Positions 10,287 through 19,928 of a DNA stretch of 64,000 bases are shown here, one piece after another. The stretch's first letter is position 1; every line of letters starts with the position of its first letter. The notes under the pieces are model-generated. The model was not told where the DNA came from and made no database searches. It saw only the letters and a list, made by a program, of their open reading frames with translations. The translations under genes were made by a program, and so were the position numbers. The DNA is from a virus: positions 12,487-76,486 of the IMG/VR virus record IMGVR_UViG_3300050015_000600, one strand, 5' to 3'.

Positions 10287-12057
10287 ATTTGCTCATATCC
10301 TCAATTGGTTCATTTTCTATGTTATCTAATACAGTTGACAAGTCTCTCATTCTATCGTATCCGTCTATCCAATACCGTTGCGTATCTCTGTCAAAGTTAT
10401 ACTCCGAGCTTCCGCCAATCCCCATAAATTGAGGATGCTTAATCTTCTCGTGGTCAACCATCATATTGCCTTGTAAAGTCTTGTATATTATAGTTCCATA
10501 ATCCGGTATGTTCTTAAAGTGCGCCGAACCGGCAATGTTGTATAGTTTAGGTTTCTTATACGTTCCGTCCGCGTTAGTTTCCATCTTTGTCGGGTGAGCT
10601 ACAAGAATATAATGCACGTCGTGGTCACGTGCGAAGTACTTCATTTTATTTAAAGCCATAGCGTAATATTGATCCGCATTCATAAACTTAGGTATCTGTT
10701 GTTCCACAGTATTCCAAGGATCAACAATGCACAATTTACAGCCATGCTTCTGTACTTCAAAATCAAATGCCTCGTGTATCTCGTCGAGGCTTGCTATTTT
10801 GTCTGGATATACGTAATGATAATATTCATTTATGAATGCGTAAGCTCTCATCATTTGTTCTTCGGACATGTGTCTTTCGCCTCCTGGTATAAACGGCTCT
10901 CCTACTAATTGAGAGGCTATTCTCTGTCCGTGAAGTTCAAGGTCTGCGTTCTCGGGAGTGTAATAAGCTATATGCCAAGCGTTGTTTATCGCAAGCAGTA
11001 CCGATTGGTAATCTACCCAAGTACTCTTGCCGTCGCCTGGAATGCCTGTAACAACATGAAAGGCTTTCGTAAAATATTTTAAATGCCTGTCAAAGTTCGG
11101 GACACCTGTAGTAGCTCCGTGAGTATATCCATGTCTGTATAATTGGATAAATTCATCTTTCCTGTTCGACATAGAGAATACGTCTTGCGCTGGGAATAGC
11201 GTAGCGGAAGACACCATGGCTTTCACAGCATCAACTCCGTGCAGCATTAGCACTTCGTTAGCATCTTTGCAATCCGTCGGATAAGTAATTTTATAGCATT
11301 TCTGCTTCCCAAATCTTCGTATAAACTCTCTCTGTAAATACCGCCCTACTAAATCGTTGTCGGTTGAAATAAGAAATCTTTTTACATCCTGAAGATATGG
11401 CAGACATTCATCTATGTATTTATATTCCATAATCTTGTCGCCTTTAGGAATAATCCCTCCGTTCGGTATGGATATAGCATAGTGGTATCCTGCTACTTCG
11501 TATGTAAGAGCATCTATTTCGCCTTCTGTTATAATCACTGTATCAGATTCAAAGACATCGTTTAATTTATAAAACACAGGAGCGGCTGATTTCGCCGACT
11601 GAAAATCTTTGTCTTTGGTTCGATACTTCGCATTTACTACTTGGTTCCCCAAGTGGTAATTAAATACTATAAACTTCTTTTTTACACCGCTGCGGTCTAA
11701 CCGCGTTTCTGCTTTAATATTATTTCTAAGGATTACTTCTTCTGTAATTCCCCGTTCCGTTATCAGCCAGTCTTTTGCCGGCAATGGTAGTGCTGTTTGT
11801 CGCTTTGTGTCTATAGGCGCGTAATTCGGCTTGTATTCTCTTTCTGTGTTCACGTTTCCTACCCATCCGCAATGATGGCAAAAGAACCCTCCCGTGCTCA
11901 CATCTATGCCTAATACAGGCTCTGTTGATTTGTTGCGCCCTTTAGAGCATAATGGACAGCGGACTTTCTGCCATCCATTACGCTCTTTTAGCCCCACCAC
12001 ATTTAAAACGGAGAACATTTGTATAATTTCTAGTTTAGAATGGTGGTTTTTAGTCAC
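10267..12057 (-). CDS. primase-helicase (T7 gp4/Twinkle-like)
   Basis: Zn finger CPLC..CHHC; TOPRIM EGEIDA and DND; SF4 helicase GIPGDGKST, IVDPWN, VAHPTK, GSAHF. Confidence 0.92.
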   Translation of the reverse strand: MTKNHHSKLEIIQMFSVLNVVGLKERNGWQKVRCPLCSKGRNKSTEPVLGIDVSTGGFFCHHCGWVGNVNTEREYKPNYAPIDTKRQTALPLPAKDWLITERGITEEVILRNNIKAETRLDRSGVKKKFIVFNYHLGNQVVNAKYRTKDKDFQSAKSAAPVFYKLNDVFESDTVIITEGEIDALTYEVAGYHYAISIPNGGIIPKGDKIMEYKYIDECLPYLQDVKRFLISTDNDLVGRYLQREFIRRFGKQKCYKITYPTDCKDANEVLMLHGVDAVKAMVSSATLFPAQDVFSMSNRKDEFIQLYRHGYTHGATTGVPNFDRHLKYFTKAFHVVTGIPGDGKSTWVDYQSVLLAINNAWHIAYYTPENADLELHGQRIASQLVGEPFIPGGERHMSEEQMMRAYAFINEYYHYVYPDKIASLDEIHEAFDFEVQKHGCKLCIVDPWNTVEQQIPKFMNADQYYAMALNKMKYFARDHDVHYILVAHPTKMETNADGTYKKPKLYNIAGSAHFKNIPDYGTIIYKTLQGNMMVDHEKIKHPQFMGIGGSSEYNFDRDTQRYWIDGYDRMRDLSTVLDNIENEPIEDMSKYEEPPF

Positions 12058-12328
12058 TCGGTTTCGCTCCGTAAAGTTTTATAAACTGCTCGTAAGTTAT
12101 TTCAGGATACACGTCTTGTGCACGAGATTCAAAATATTCTTTGCTTTTAGTACTGCGTATCTGTAGTATTTCGTTATCGTAATTCTTAACTAATAAATAC
12201 TTGTCAGTCCAGTCAGTGCGTTCATCTGTCTTGCCATCTTTATAGTTTTCCCGTATAGTTATCAAAACCGACCAATATTCTTTTTCGCAACTCAACTTCA
12301 TCTTAAAAGAATTAATTTTCATTGTCAT
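12050..12328 (-). CDS. hypothetical protein
   Basis: Coupled ORF. Confidence 0.5.
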   Translation of the reverse strand: MTMKINSFKMKLSCEKEYWSVLITIRENYKDGKTDERTDWTDKYLLVKNYDNEILQIRSTKSKEYFESRAQDVYPEITYEQFIKLYGAKPSD

Positions 12329-12549
12329 TACTCGTGCTCCTTTGTTAATTGCTCATATTCCTCAATTAATTTTCGTAACTTACGAGACAATATGTACATA
12401 TTGGTAGCATCTAACCTCATATAAGCAGAATTGCTAAAATGGGTTATGCCTATTTTTAGTTCATAATCACCGGTTCCGTCTTCCAGTAAACCAGATGTTT
12501 CTAGTCTGTCTCCATCGTCGTTCCACAAATTTATTCCTATGTTTGGCAT
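12328..12549 (-). CDS. hypothetical protein
   Basis: Coupled ORF. Confidence 0.5.
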   Translation of the reverse strand: MPNIGINLWNDDGDRLETSGLLEDGTGDYELKIGITHFSNSAYMRLDATNMYILSRKLRKLIEEYEQLTKEHE

Positions 12550-13304
12550 AAATAAATTCCTAAATTAGTGTCGTACTCTGTATATTTCATAAGTTCTCTC
12601 TTTTTAATAAATTCTAATAAATCTGATAAATCACTTATAATTTCTTCGTGCATAGTTTCATAAGGGTAATATTCATGCGTTGCTATAGAAAACAAATCGA
12701 ATGTTATTACCTCTTTCAATTGCTGCTCGATTAGTTGAAATATGTAATATTTGCAGGATGTAGCACCCTCAAATATGTCTAAATATACTTTCCATTGCAT
12801 AGAAAGCAAAAACTCATTGTATGTGTCTCTGTCGTAGTCAGGGAATTCGTCATGTATAAAGTCCCCTGGCTTGCTTCCGTATTGTGTTTTATATTCGTTA
12901 ATTGTAGTGTATTTAAGATTATCTACCATGCCGACTAAAGTTATAGTTTGTCCGTGGACATTGTACTCTTTAACGGCTTTGTGTTCGTTTATACCGCCTA
13001 CAGCTTCTTTTTTTGCTTCAAGGCATTCCTGTATCATAGCGGCGGTATATTTTAACGGCTTCTTGAAAACATCCGGCTTGTAGTATATATACTCGTTTGT
13101 AGCCTGGTTGTAATATAACTCAGGTTCGTCCAGTATAGCATGCAGAGCTGTTCCATAGAACATAAATTTCGACTGCATAGATTTACGCATTATAGCTAAC
13201 ACCATAGCGGTATCATCTATCTGCGATACACCGTACTTCTGTACGTCGGTTATATACTTCCGCCAAGTGTCTAAAAGCGTAGTTGATATTCTATTGATTA
13301 TCAT
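12537..13304 (-). CDS. PD-(D/E)XK exonuclease (recombination)
   Basis: GTALH...GMVD...EYKT...MQWKVY. Confidence 0.7.
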   Translation of the reverse strand: MIINRISTTLLDTWRKYITDVQKYGVSQIDDTAMVLAIMRKSMQSKFMFYGTALHAILDEPELYYNQATNEYIYYKPDVFKKPLKYTAAMIQECLEAKKEAVGGINEHKAVKEYNVHGQTITLVGMVDNLKYTTINEYKTQYGSKPGDFIHDEFPDYDRDTYNEFLLSMQWKVYLDIFEGATSCKYYIFQLIEQQLKEVITFDLFSIATHEYYPYETMHEEIISDLSDLLEFIKKRELMKYTEYDTNLGIYLCQT

Positions 13305-14692
13305 TACTTTAACTCAAATTTGTAAACAGGATTCTCCGCAAGAATAAAACAGAATTTAGTCGTGTGACCTGTTTGATCTTCGCAATATATTCTGTTCTCA
13401 TCTAAAGATATTTTATTAACATGATAATAATCATCTATGTCTGTAGAATTAACATAACTATATCCGTCGCTAAAATAAAAACTATCTCCGACTTTTAGTT
13501 CTTTTATCATAGTTTTTGTAACTTTAATATATTTGTCTAACTGCCCTCCGCCTGTACAATGTACTTCATACAAATGAAAATAAGTTGTACATAATGTTCC
13601 TTTTGTGTCCCAATGATATACTTTCGTTCGATTCGTTGTTGTTCCTGGTGTTTGATTCATAAAACCAATATACTTTTCCCCGTCTTTTTCAACTACCGCA
13701 AGCAATGGAAAATCACTTGTTTTTATTTCAGGCTCTATCGGTTTCGCCCATGCTTTGAATTGGTCAAATGTGATTTCGGGGCTGTTGTCGTCATTGAATG
13801 TAGCTTTGTAATTACTACAATGCGTCAATACATCACGATTGTCGTATCTTGTAAATAAATATCTCTGTTTTGTGTTTTTTATTTTCTTATTGCCGCTATA
13901 CCATGTACCCTTATTTGCCATTATCCATTTCTGTACATATTCGCTTTGCTCCGGTGTAACCTGTATCTTAAACTTAGGGATTTCGCCTTTCTCTAAGGCT
14001 ATTTTGATGGCTTTGAGTTCTACCGATTTCAGACATAATGTACTTGCATATATCATCCACATGTCATCAAGCGTTTCCTTTGGAACTTCATTCGCTTCGT
14101 CTATCCTCATAGAATTAAAGGTTATCCCTTTTAATTCATTCTGCAACTTATCTTTATCGTATTCTAAAGATTTAATTTTTGCTTTTAACGAAGTTATTTC
14201 TGAATTAGCGTATCCCTCTGCTTCGCGGGAGTTCCACAAACTATCGTGAGTTTCATCTAATTCAATGCAAAGCCTGTCGTTCTCTTTTTTATATTCAGCT
14301 AATTTGGCTTCTAATTTAAGATTTACTGCAAACAAACCTGTAAAATAATAACTATCAACATAATGAGCCTTTTGATATTCTATCATCGGTATTGCATTAC
14401 CTGCTTTAAACAGTTGGCTTTCTGCGTCTTTATAAATTTCAAATTTAGTTTCTAATTCTTTAACCCGCTTTTCCAGTTTTTCATTTTCACAAACAACAGC
14501 ATTTTTAGCGGTGTTTATCTCTTTGCAGTCTTTTTCCCAAGAAGCGGCTTTCTTCTCTAGCCGTTTTAATTCATCATTAATCTGCCTAATTCCTACGGAT
14601 AGGCTAAGCGCAGAAAAAGAATACGAACTTTTTGCATCATCTTCAAATACGATATATGGTGCGCGGAAGATTTGTATCGTGTTTATTTTCAT
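13304..14692 (-). CDS. multi-domain coiled-coil hypothetical protein
   Basis: 462-aa ORF coupled on both sides; heptad-rich N-terminal half. Confidence 0.6.
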   Translation of the reverse strand: MKINTIQIFRAPYIVFEDDAKSSYSFSALSLSVGIRQINDELKRLEKKAASWEKDCKEINTAKNAVVCENEKLEKRVKELETKFEIYKDAESQLFKAGNAIPMIEYQKAHYVDSYYFTGLFAVNLKLEAKLAEYKKENDRLCIELDETHDSLWNSREAEGYANSEITSLKAKIKSLEYDKDKLQNELKGITFNSMRIDEANEVPKETLDDMWMIYASTLCLKSVELKAIKIALEKGEIPKFKIQVTPEQSEYVQKWIMANKGTWYSGNKKIKNTKQRYLFTRYDNRDVLTHCSNYKATFNDDNSPEITFDQFKAWAKPIEPEIKTSDFPLLAVVEKDGEKYIGFMNQTPGTTTNRTKVYHWDTKGTLCTTYFHLYEVHCTGGGQLDKYIKVTKTMIKELKVGDSFYFSDGYSYVNSTDIDDYYHVNKISLDENRIYCEDQTGHTTKFCFILAENPVYKFELK

Positions 14693-15741
14693 TATCCTTC
14701 CTCTGCTTCTGCCAATCGTGCTGCGTTTTCATTGTCTCTGTATTCTTCATAGGTTGGATATTTGTCTTCTTCTTCGCTCATGCTTTCTACTACGGCCACA
14801 GGAACTTCTTTAACCTTCTTTTCAGCCGCGGCTTTGAGCAATTTATACTGTTTCGCATAGGAAACTTTTAACTGTTCTTTTAGAATCTTAGTCAAAGTCT
14901 TATCCTCTTTTATAGCTTCGCCGACTTCTGCTAATTTAGGCAGCGTTTTAGTTTCGGCTATGCTTTTATTATAGCCGTCTAATAAATCTTTGTACTTGTC
15001 TAAAGCGTTAAGTTTTTCTTCCCACATCTTACGCCAATCCGTCAGTTTTTCCGCAAGAAATTGTGTATTTATTCCGTTGTTTCCGTCAATAACAGGAATA
15101 TCTACTCCCTTTAATCCTTCGTGCTCTAGCGGGTTTTTAGTATGATAGAACTGACTTCTTTCAAAAGACAGTATTCTAACCGAAGATTCTTTGTCGCCGG
15201 ATACGTCAATATAGCCTATCATGTCAACAAAATTATAAATCTTATCCTTGGCTATCTTACCCTGGAATTTAGGCTGGCTAAAAGTATCATCAGTACCAGA
15301 AATGTTCTTTTCGTCTTCGTGCGCTATCCAGCATAATCCTTTGCCTTGGATAATCAACTCGTTAATAAAATCAGTAACTTGTTCACCTAATAGTCCGTAT
15401 AGCTTCATAACGTTCTTTGCGGATTTAGGGTTTTTCTCTTTAACGTAGGACATAATGTAAGCTAACATACTGTCAACTGTATCCATAACTACATAATCGT
15501 AAGGCTCTAATTCCTGCTTAATCGTTTTCATGTCGTCTGCAATGTCTTCCCAACTGTCTATTTCAAGATAGTCAAACTTCTGGTTTGATCTTCTCAAACC
15601 CTCTTTGTTAAAATTCAGGAATATTGGGTTTGGCAAAGTTGTCGCCAAAGTAGTTTTTCCAATTCCTGCTTTTCCGTAAAGTAGCATCGAAATCTTTCCG
15701 ACAGCTACGTAATCCTGGGACGTACCCTTTCTTAATGCCAT
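14692..15741 (-). CDS. AAA_24/Sak4-like ATPase (ssDNA annealing)
   Basis: LLYGKAGIGKTT, VVMDTVD, WIAH, VDMIGY. Confidence 0.8.
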   Translation of the reverse strand: MALRKGTSQDYVAVGKISMLLYGKAGIGKTTLATTLPNPIFLNFNKEGLRRSNQKFDYLEIDSWEDIADDMKTIKQELEPYDYVVMDTVDSMLAYIMSYVKEKNPKSAKNVMKLYGLLGEQVTDFINELIIQGKGLCWIAHEDEKNISGTDDTFSQPKFQGKIAKDKIYNFVDMIGYIDVSGDKESSVRILSFERSQFYHTKNPLEHEGLKGVDIPVIDGNNGINTQFLAEKLTDWRKMWEEKLNALDKYKDLLDGYNKSIAETKTLPKLAEVGEAIKEDKTLTKILKEQLKVSYAKQYKLLKAAAEKKVKEVPVAVVESMSEEEDKYPTYEEYRDNENAARLAEAEEG

Positions 15742-15822
15742 GCTAAGTCCTTATTTTGTATATATTATATTTATATAATATATTATATCTAGTTAATACT
15801 AGTATATAATTATATATCTTCT

Positions 15823-15850
15823 CTTTCTTTCTTTCTTTCTTTCTTTCTTT
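15823..15850. repeat. (CTTT)7 microsatellite in an AT-rich intergenic region
   Basis: Seven perfect CTTT units read directly. Confidence 0.9.
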
Positions 15851-16296
15851 ATTAGTTTAAGTATTACTCTTTAGATGTACTTTCTTTCTTACTAGAGTAT
15901 ATCTCTTATATTAATAATAATACTTCTATATTTTTTCTTTGATAGATTAATCTTTTTGAAGATTAATTCTCTTTTGCTACTTTTCTCTTATCAAGAAACT
16001 TTTTCTATCAAGGAAACTTTCTTTTGTCCGGTTGTTTCGCTGAATATGTTTTTCTGCCGTTTCGTCGTCCCTACGATATGCGTTTTTGCCACTTCTTTTG
16101 CCCTGTATTTAATTTTTATACCTGTATTCGATAAAATACTCGTCTATTGATTAAAAACTCAATAGCGGGTGTTTATGGGCGATTTTCTTCGGATCGAAAT
16201 CTTCTGCTGTTATATCTATGCCTTGCCTCCAAAAATATATTACCATAAAGTTATATATTTCATTGAGTTGTTTTAGATGTCTTTTTGTTTTCTTTT

Positions 16297-16524
16297 TCAT
16301 AATTTCCACATCCATCCATATTTTGCCAATGCGTAATTAGACACAGTAGTTAATCCCCATGGCCTTGGCGAACGGATAAATATATTCGTAACTTTACCTG
16401 GTATGAATCCTTCAATTTCGCGACCTGTGTTCATAGTAATTATTGCTTGGCAAAAAGCATCCATCTTATCATCAATGTTGCGTCTGCGGCGATACTTCTG
16501 TATCATCTTTTGCGCTCGTGTCAT
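16297..16524 (-). CDS. hypothetical protein
   Basis: GAGG SD; directly behind a promoter. Confidence 0.55.
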   Translation of the reverse strand: MTRAQKMIQKYRRRRNIDDKMDAFCQAIITMNTGREIEGFIPGKVTNIFIRSPRPWGLTTVSNYALAKYGWMWKL

Positions 16525-16565
16525 TCGTCAACCTCATAAAAATTTTTGTGTTCGTTTTTCAGATA

Positions 16566-16597
16566 CAAAACTACGAAATTTCTGTGTAATAACCAAA
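16566..16597 (-). promoter_or_regulatory. Bacteroidota-type promoter, leftward (replication operon)
   Basis: TTTG-N20-TAGTTTTG on the minus strand. Confidence 0.7.
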
Positions 16598-16640
16598 CTT
16601 ATGTTACGTTTGAAAAAAAAATATATTTTTACGTAGAATA

Positions 16641-16672
16641 TTTGGCTGATAATAATAAATTGCGTATATTGC
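16641..16672 (+). promoter_or_regulatory. Bacteroidota-type promoter variant, rightward
   Basis: TTTG-N20-TATATTGC, divergent from the 16566 promoter. Confidence 0.55.
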
Positions 16673-16717
16673 ATTTGTCAATTGGACAAATTTTTAAAAA
16701 CTATGCGGGAAAATATA

Positions 16718-17185
16718 ATGAGCAGTAAACGAAAATTATTAGAAGAAATTAATGAATTGCGTGGCGAGCTTAGAGATTCAAAGGATGCAGCGAACGCTTT
16801 TTACGAGAAATGGTCAACAGAAATGCGAGCAGGTGCAGCGTTACATGATGCAAAAATCAAATTAGCCGAAGATATTGTTAAAATTCAATCCGACTATACA
16901 AAGAAAATCAAAGAAGTTGAACGCTTAGAAAAAGCTAATAAGAAATTCATGCAGGCTATAGACGCTCTTAAGAAACAATTAGCTGATAGAGAAATCGACC
17001 GTGACTACGTAGCGAGAGAAACAGCACTAAGACTTGCAATAGCTACGAACAGCGCGATAACTGAAAAAGAGATTATAAAACACGCTAAGAAGAATTACAA
17101 GTTTCTTGTTGATACCGAAGAAGACGAAACCGGTGTTGCAGCGATTCCGCCCGAAGAAGCAGAACCAGTAATTGTCGAGATGTAA
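16718..17185 (+). CDS. coiled-coil protein
   Basis: Heptad pattern; ATG 16718 chosen over TTG 16682. Confidence 0.6.
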   Translation: MSSKRKLLEEINELRGELRDSKDAANAFYEKWSTEMRAGAALHDAKIKLAEDIVKIQSDYTKKIKEVERLEKANKKFMQAIDALKKQLADREIDRDYVARETALRLAIATNSAITEKEIIKHAKKNYKFLVDTEEDETGVAAIPPEEAEPVIVEM

Positions 17186-17541
17186 TGTTCAATAAAAAGA
17201 AAAAGATTGACAAAGACACTGATATTGGCAAAATAATAACCACCGCGGAAATCACAATCCCGTTTGGATTTGAATTTAAGCCTATCTACGAAGAACACAC
17301 TCAAGAGTTGTTTAAGTTTATAAACAAACACGCTCCTGATAAAAAGGCTTTGACTGAAATAAGATGGGAAGAAGAAACTGTAGTGCTTAGAGCGCAGATA
17401 GATCATTTATACGAAGTAATATATCTATTTGGATACGCAACGAAAATGATAGACGATTGGATAACTCAGGCTATAGGCAATAATGCAAAAGATAAGTTTG
17501 ATGTTATCACAGAAATAACCGGAAATTTAAATATAAATTAG
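17185..17541 (+). CDS. hypothetical protein
   Basis: TAATG coupling. Confidence 0.6.
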   Translation: MFNKKKKIDKDTDIGKIITTAEITIPFGFEFKPIYEEHTQELFKFINKHAPDKKALTEIRWEEETVVLRAQIDHLYEVIYLFGYATKMIDDWITQAIGNNAKDKFDVITEITGNLNIN

Positions 17542-17549
17542 AGAAAATA

Positions 17550-17966
17550 ATGGCAAAGATGAACAAAACCATAGCTAAAATTTTAGCAGAAAAGGTAAGC
17601 GCAAAAACGAAGCAAGCGATGGAAATCGGTTATGATCAAATGATAATCGAAATTAAAAGCGCATATAATGCAGAATTGACCGAATTAATGATTGCGCGGA
17701 ATGGCATTGAATCACGTATTAGCGCAATAGAAAAAGAGATAATGTCGAAATACAAAAAAAACGACGTTTATATTAATTTTTGTTGCTCGCGTGGCGAAGT
17801 CGCTCCGTCAATTTCCGCATGGAGCAATCATCGCATTAGCTTGGATGAAATTACCAATAAGATTTTATTAGAAGATTTCTTCTCGGACGGCGGATTAGAC
17901 GTGGAAGAATTTGTTACTAATTACGCTCAGGAATTAGTTGCTAAATTTAATACGCAGGTTCAATAA
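17550..17966 (+). CDS. hypothetical protein
   Basis: Packed operon ORF. Confidence 0.6.
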   Translation: MAKMNKTIAKILAEKVSAKTKQAMEIGYDQMIIEIKSAYNAELTELMIARNGIESRISAIEKEIMSKYKKNDVYINFCCSRGEVAPSISAWSNHRISLDEITNKILLEDFFSDGGLDVEEFVTNYAQELVAKFNTQVQ

Positions 17967-18241
17967 TGGCAGGATTTCAAAAAGTCTCAGGCTTATGGAA
18001 AGCAGAGGATAAAAATGGGGATTTGTATTATCGCGGCAAGGGCGAGGACGGTAAAATGTATTACATGCGCCCGAATACAAAAAAGACTAAGGATACTCAG
18101 CCTGATATGGAATTGTCGTATCAAATATTCGACGACGATAAACCGCAAGCACCGAAGCCGGCAGGGGTTCAACCCGTCCAAGCCGTACAGCCGGTAGCCG
18201 AAGAAACAGTAGTAGATGATGATAATGACGTACCATTTTAA
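17966..18241 (+). CDS. putative ssDNA-binding protein (DUF736-like)
   Basis: GLWK..DKNG..YY.G...N..K....QPD core, flexible linker, acidic DDDNDVPF tail. Confidence 0.65.
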   Translation: MAGFQKVSGLWKAEDKNGDLYYRGKGEDGKMYYMRPNTKKTKDTQPDMELSYQIFDDDKPQAPKPAGVQPVQAVQPVAEETVVDDDNDVPF

Positions 18242-18250
18242 GGAATAAAG

Positions 18251-18436
18251 ATGAAAGAAAAATTTATGATAGTACAGAATTTTTGCGAAGTCGCTAATTG
18301 GGACGGTTTTGGTACACATAAAGAGCGATGTTGGATAGAAGAATCCAGAGGATATGATTACGCTTTTGAGGCGGTTGACATAAAGAATAGTTTCATGCAC
18401 CCTGAATTTTACATAGTGATAAAATATTATGAATAA
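18251..18436 (+). CDS. hypothetical protein
   Basis: AAGGA SD. Confidence 0.5.
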   Translation: MKEKFMIVQNFCEVANWDGFGTHKERCWIEESRGYDYAFEAVDIKNSFMHPEFYIVIKYYE

Positions 18437-18725
18437 AAAAGAAAAGAAATTTATACCCACAAACGATTGGGTATTCATACACCTTGATTCACCGGAGGTC
18501 GTGACAAAGAGCGGGTTGATAGTAGTGAATAATAACCCGACAGAAGAACCGCCGTTGTTCGCAACGGTACTGCGTGCAGGCAAAAAATGCTTGTACGTAA
18601 AACCTGGAGACAGGATAAAATTTGAAAAATACTCTGTAGTAGAATCCGGCCTGTTTGAAGATGGCAAAAAGATAGACATGCTACGAGAAAAACACATTGA
18701 ATTAATTTTGGATATAGATGAATAG
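18429..18725 (+). CDS. groES: co-chaperonin GroES
   Basis: P.ND.VFI, TKSGLIV mobile loop, TVLRAG, VKPGDRI.FEKYS, MLRE..I. Confidence 0.85.
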   Translation: MNKKEKKFIPTNDWVFIHLDSPEVVTKSGLIVVNNNPTEEPPLFATVLRAGKKCLYVKPGDRIKFEKYSVVESGLFEDGKKIDMLREKHIELILDIDE

Positions 18726-19128
18726 ATTACATTTAGGGATTAGACCCGCAAGGCGGCTGTTGAAAGTATCCCAGGGCGAATTAGCCCGATTAATGGGAAA
18801 GAATCCGGCTTATATAAGCGCGGTGGAAACCGGCAGACATAACGGCAGCATATTGTTATACAACAAAATATGCGAAACATTAGGATTGCCGTTGGTTGTA
18901 GTCGCTATGGAAGCCTTACAGGTCGAAGAAATACGAAGCAAAGAAATGGAAGAATTTTTATCAATAAAAAATGAACTTTATCGTTTCCTTGGTGTTGACA
19001 AAATCATAGATGAGAAGAATGAAACTATCGAAATGCGTAAAATAGCGGAGAAGTTATGTCCAACGAAACCATTGGTGAACAATTTGCAGCAGCAGAACTT
19101 CGAGCAAAAATCCTACAAGACAGTATAG
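18718..19128 (+). CDS. XRE-family HTH regulator
   Basis: SQGELARLMGKNPAYISAVETG. Confidence 0.85.
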   Translation: MNRLHLGIRPARRLLKVSQGELARLMGKNPAYISAVETGRHNGSILLYNKICETLGLPLVVVAMEALQVEEIRSKEMEEFLSIKNELYRFLGVDKIIDEKNETIEMRKIAEKLCPTKPLVNNLQQQNFEQKSYKTV

Positions 19129-19418
19129 CCCTTAGCGTTCGAAAGATATGTAAAACGCTTGCTAAGATGAGCGTAGGATTTGGGAATCGTCTGATCGTTT
19201 TATTGTTTCGTCAACCGCATAACAACATCGTTGATTTTATGCACGAATTAAAATTATACCACGGTAAAAATAGATTATCGGGTAAGGAGTTTTCTTCATT
19301 AGCTAAACTAGTCTTTCCTGATGTAGAGTTTAACAAAGACAACATCGAGAAATATGGTAATTATGAAGACTGTTTCCCCAGCGTAGATGATTACGAAGAA
19401 ATTCCTTGTCCTTTTTAA
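19056..19418 (+). CDS. hypothetical protein
   Basis: GGAG SD; acidic ...CPF tail. Confidence 0.55.
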   Translation: MSNETIGEQFAAAELRAKILQDSIALSVRKICKTLAKMSVGFGNRLIVLLFRQPHNNIVDFMHELKLYHGKNRLSGKEFSSLAKLVFPDVEFNKDNIEKYGNYEDCFPSVDDYEEIPCPF

Positions 19419-19527
19419 AGATTCCTGTGAGAACAGGAGGCATTTATCCTCTCCCCCTTGGGTTAATGCTGCCACGGAGCCGTCTATAAACGGCGGCTCT
19501 AATTTTTAAACTTTAATTTTGGATTTT

Positions 19528-19710
19528 ATGAAAGCTAAGAAAGGAACATGGATGGGTCTCGCAATAACAATTTTGTTAGAAGCGGGACTGTTCATCCCGA
19601 TAGTTAAAGCAACGGAATGGATGTTTACAACAGTATTTGTATTATGGTTAATATGTTTAATGGTTACAGTAATATTTTATGGAGTTGATTGTGCACACGA
19701 AAGAAGTTAG
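19528..19710 (+). CDS. small membrane protein (2 TM)
   Basis: Two hydrophobic stretches. Confidence 0.55.
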   Translation: MKAKKGTWMGLAITILLEAGLFIPIVKATEWMFTTVFVLWLICLMVTVIFYGVDCAHERS

Positions 19711-19927
19711 AATAGACAAGAGACAATCTTTTACCGGCGGGAAGGATAACGTGGATTGTGCATACTGTACGAATTGTACAGGGTGCATAGGATGCACAAA
19801 CTGCCAAGGCTGCCATTCTTGTACGGATTGCATAGATTGTTATGGATTAGTTGGAAAAGTCGGCTGGGTGGATAATAAACCGGTTGGCCCTGATGAAGAA
19901 TACGATAGTTATAATAATTGGGATTAA
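19679..19927 (+). CDS. Cys-rich repeat protein
   Basis: Ten Cys spaced every third residue. Confidence 0.55.
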   Translation: MELIVHTKEVRIDKRQSFTGGKDNVDCAYCTNCTGCIGCTNCQGCHSCTDCIDCYGLVGKVGWVDNKPVGPDEEYDSYNNWD

Positions 19928-19928
19928 G

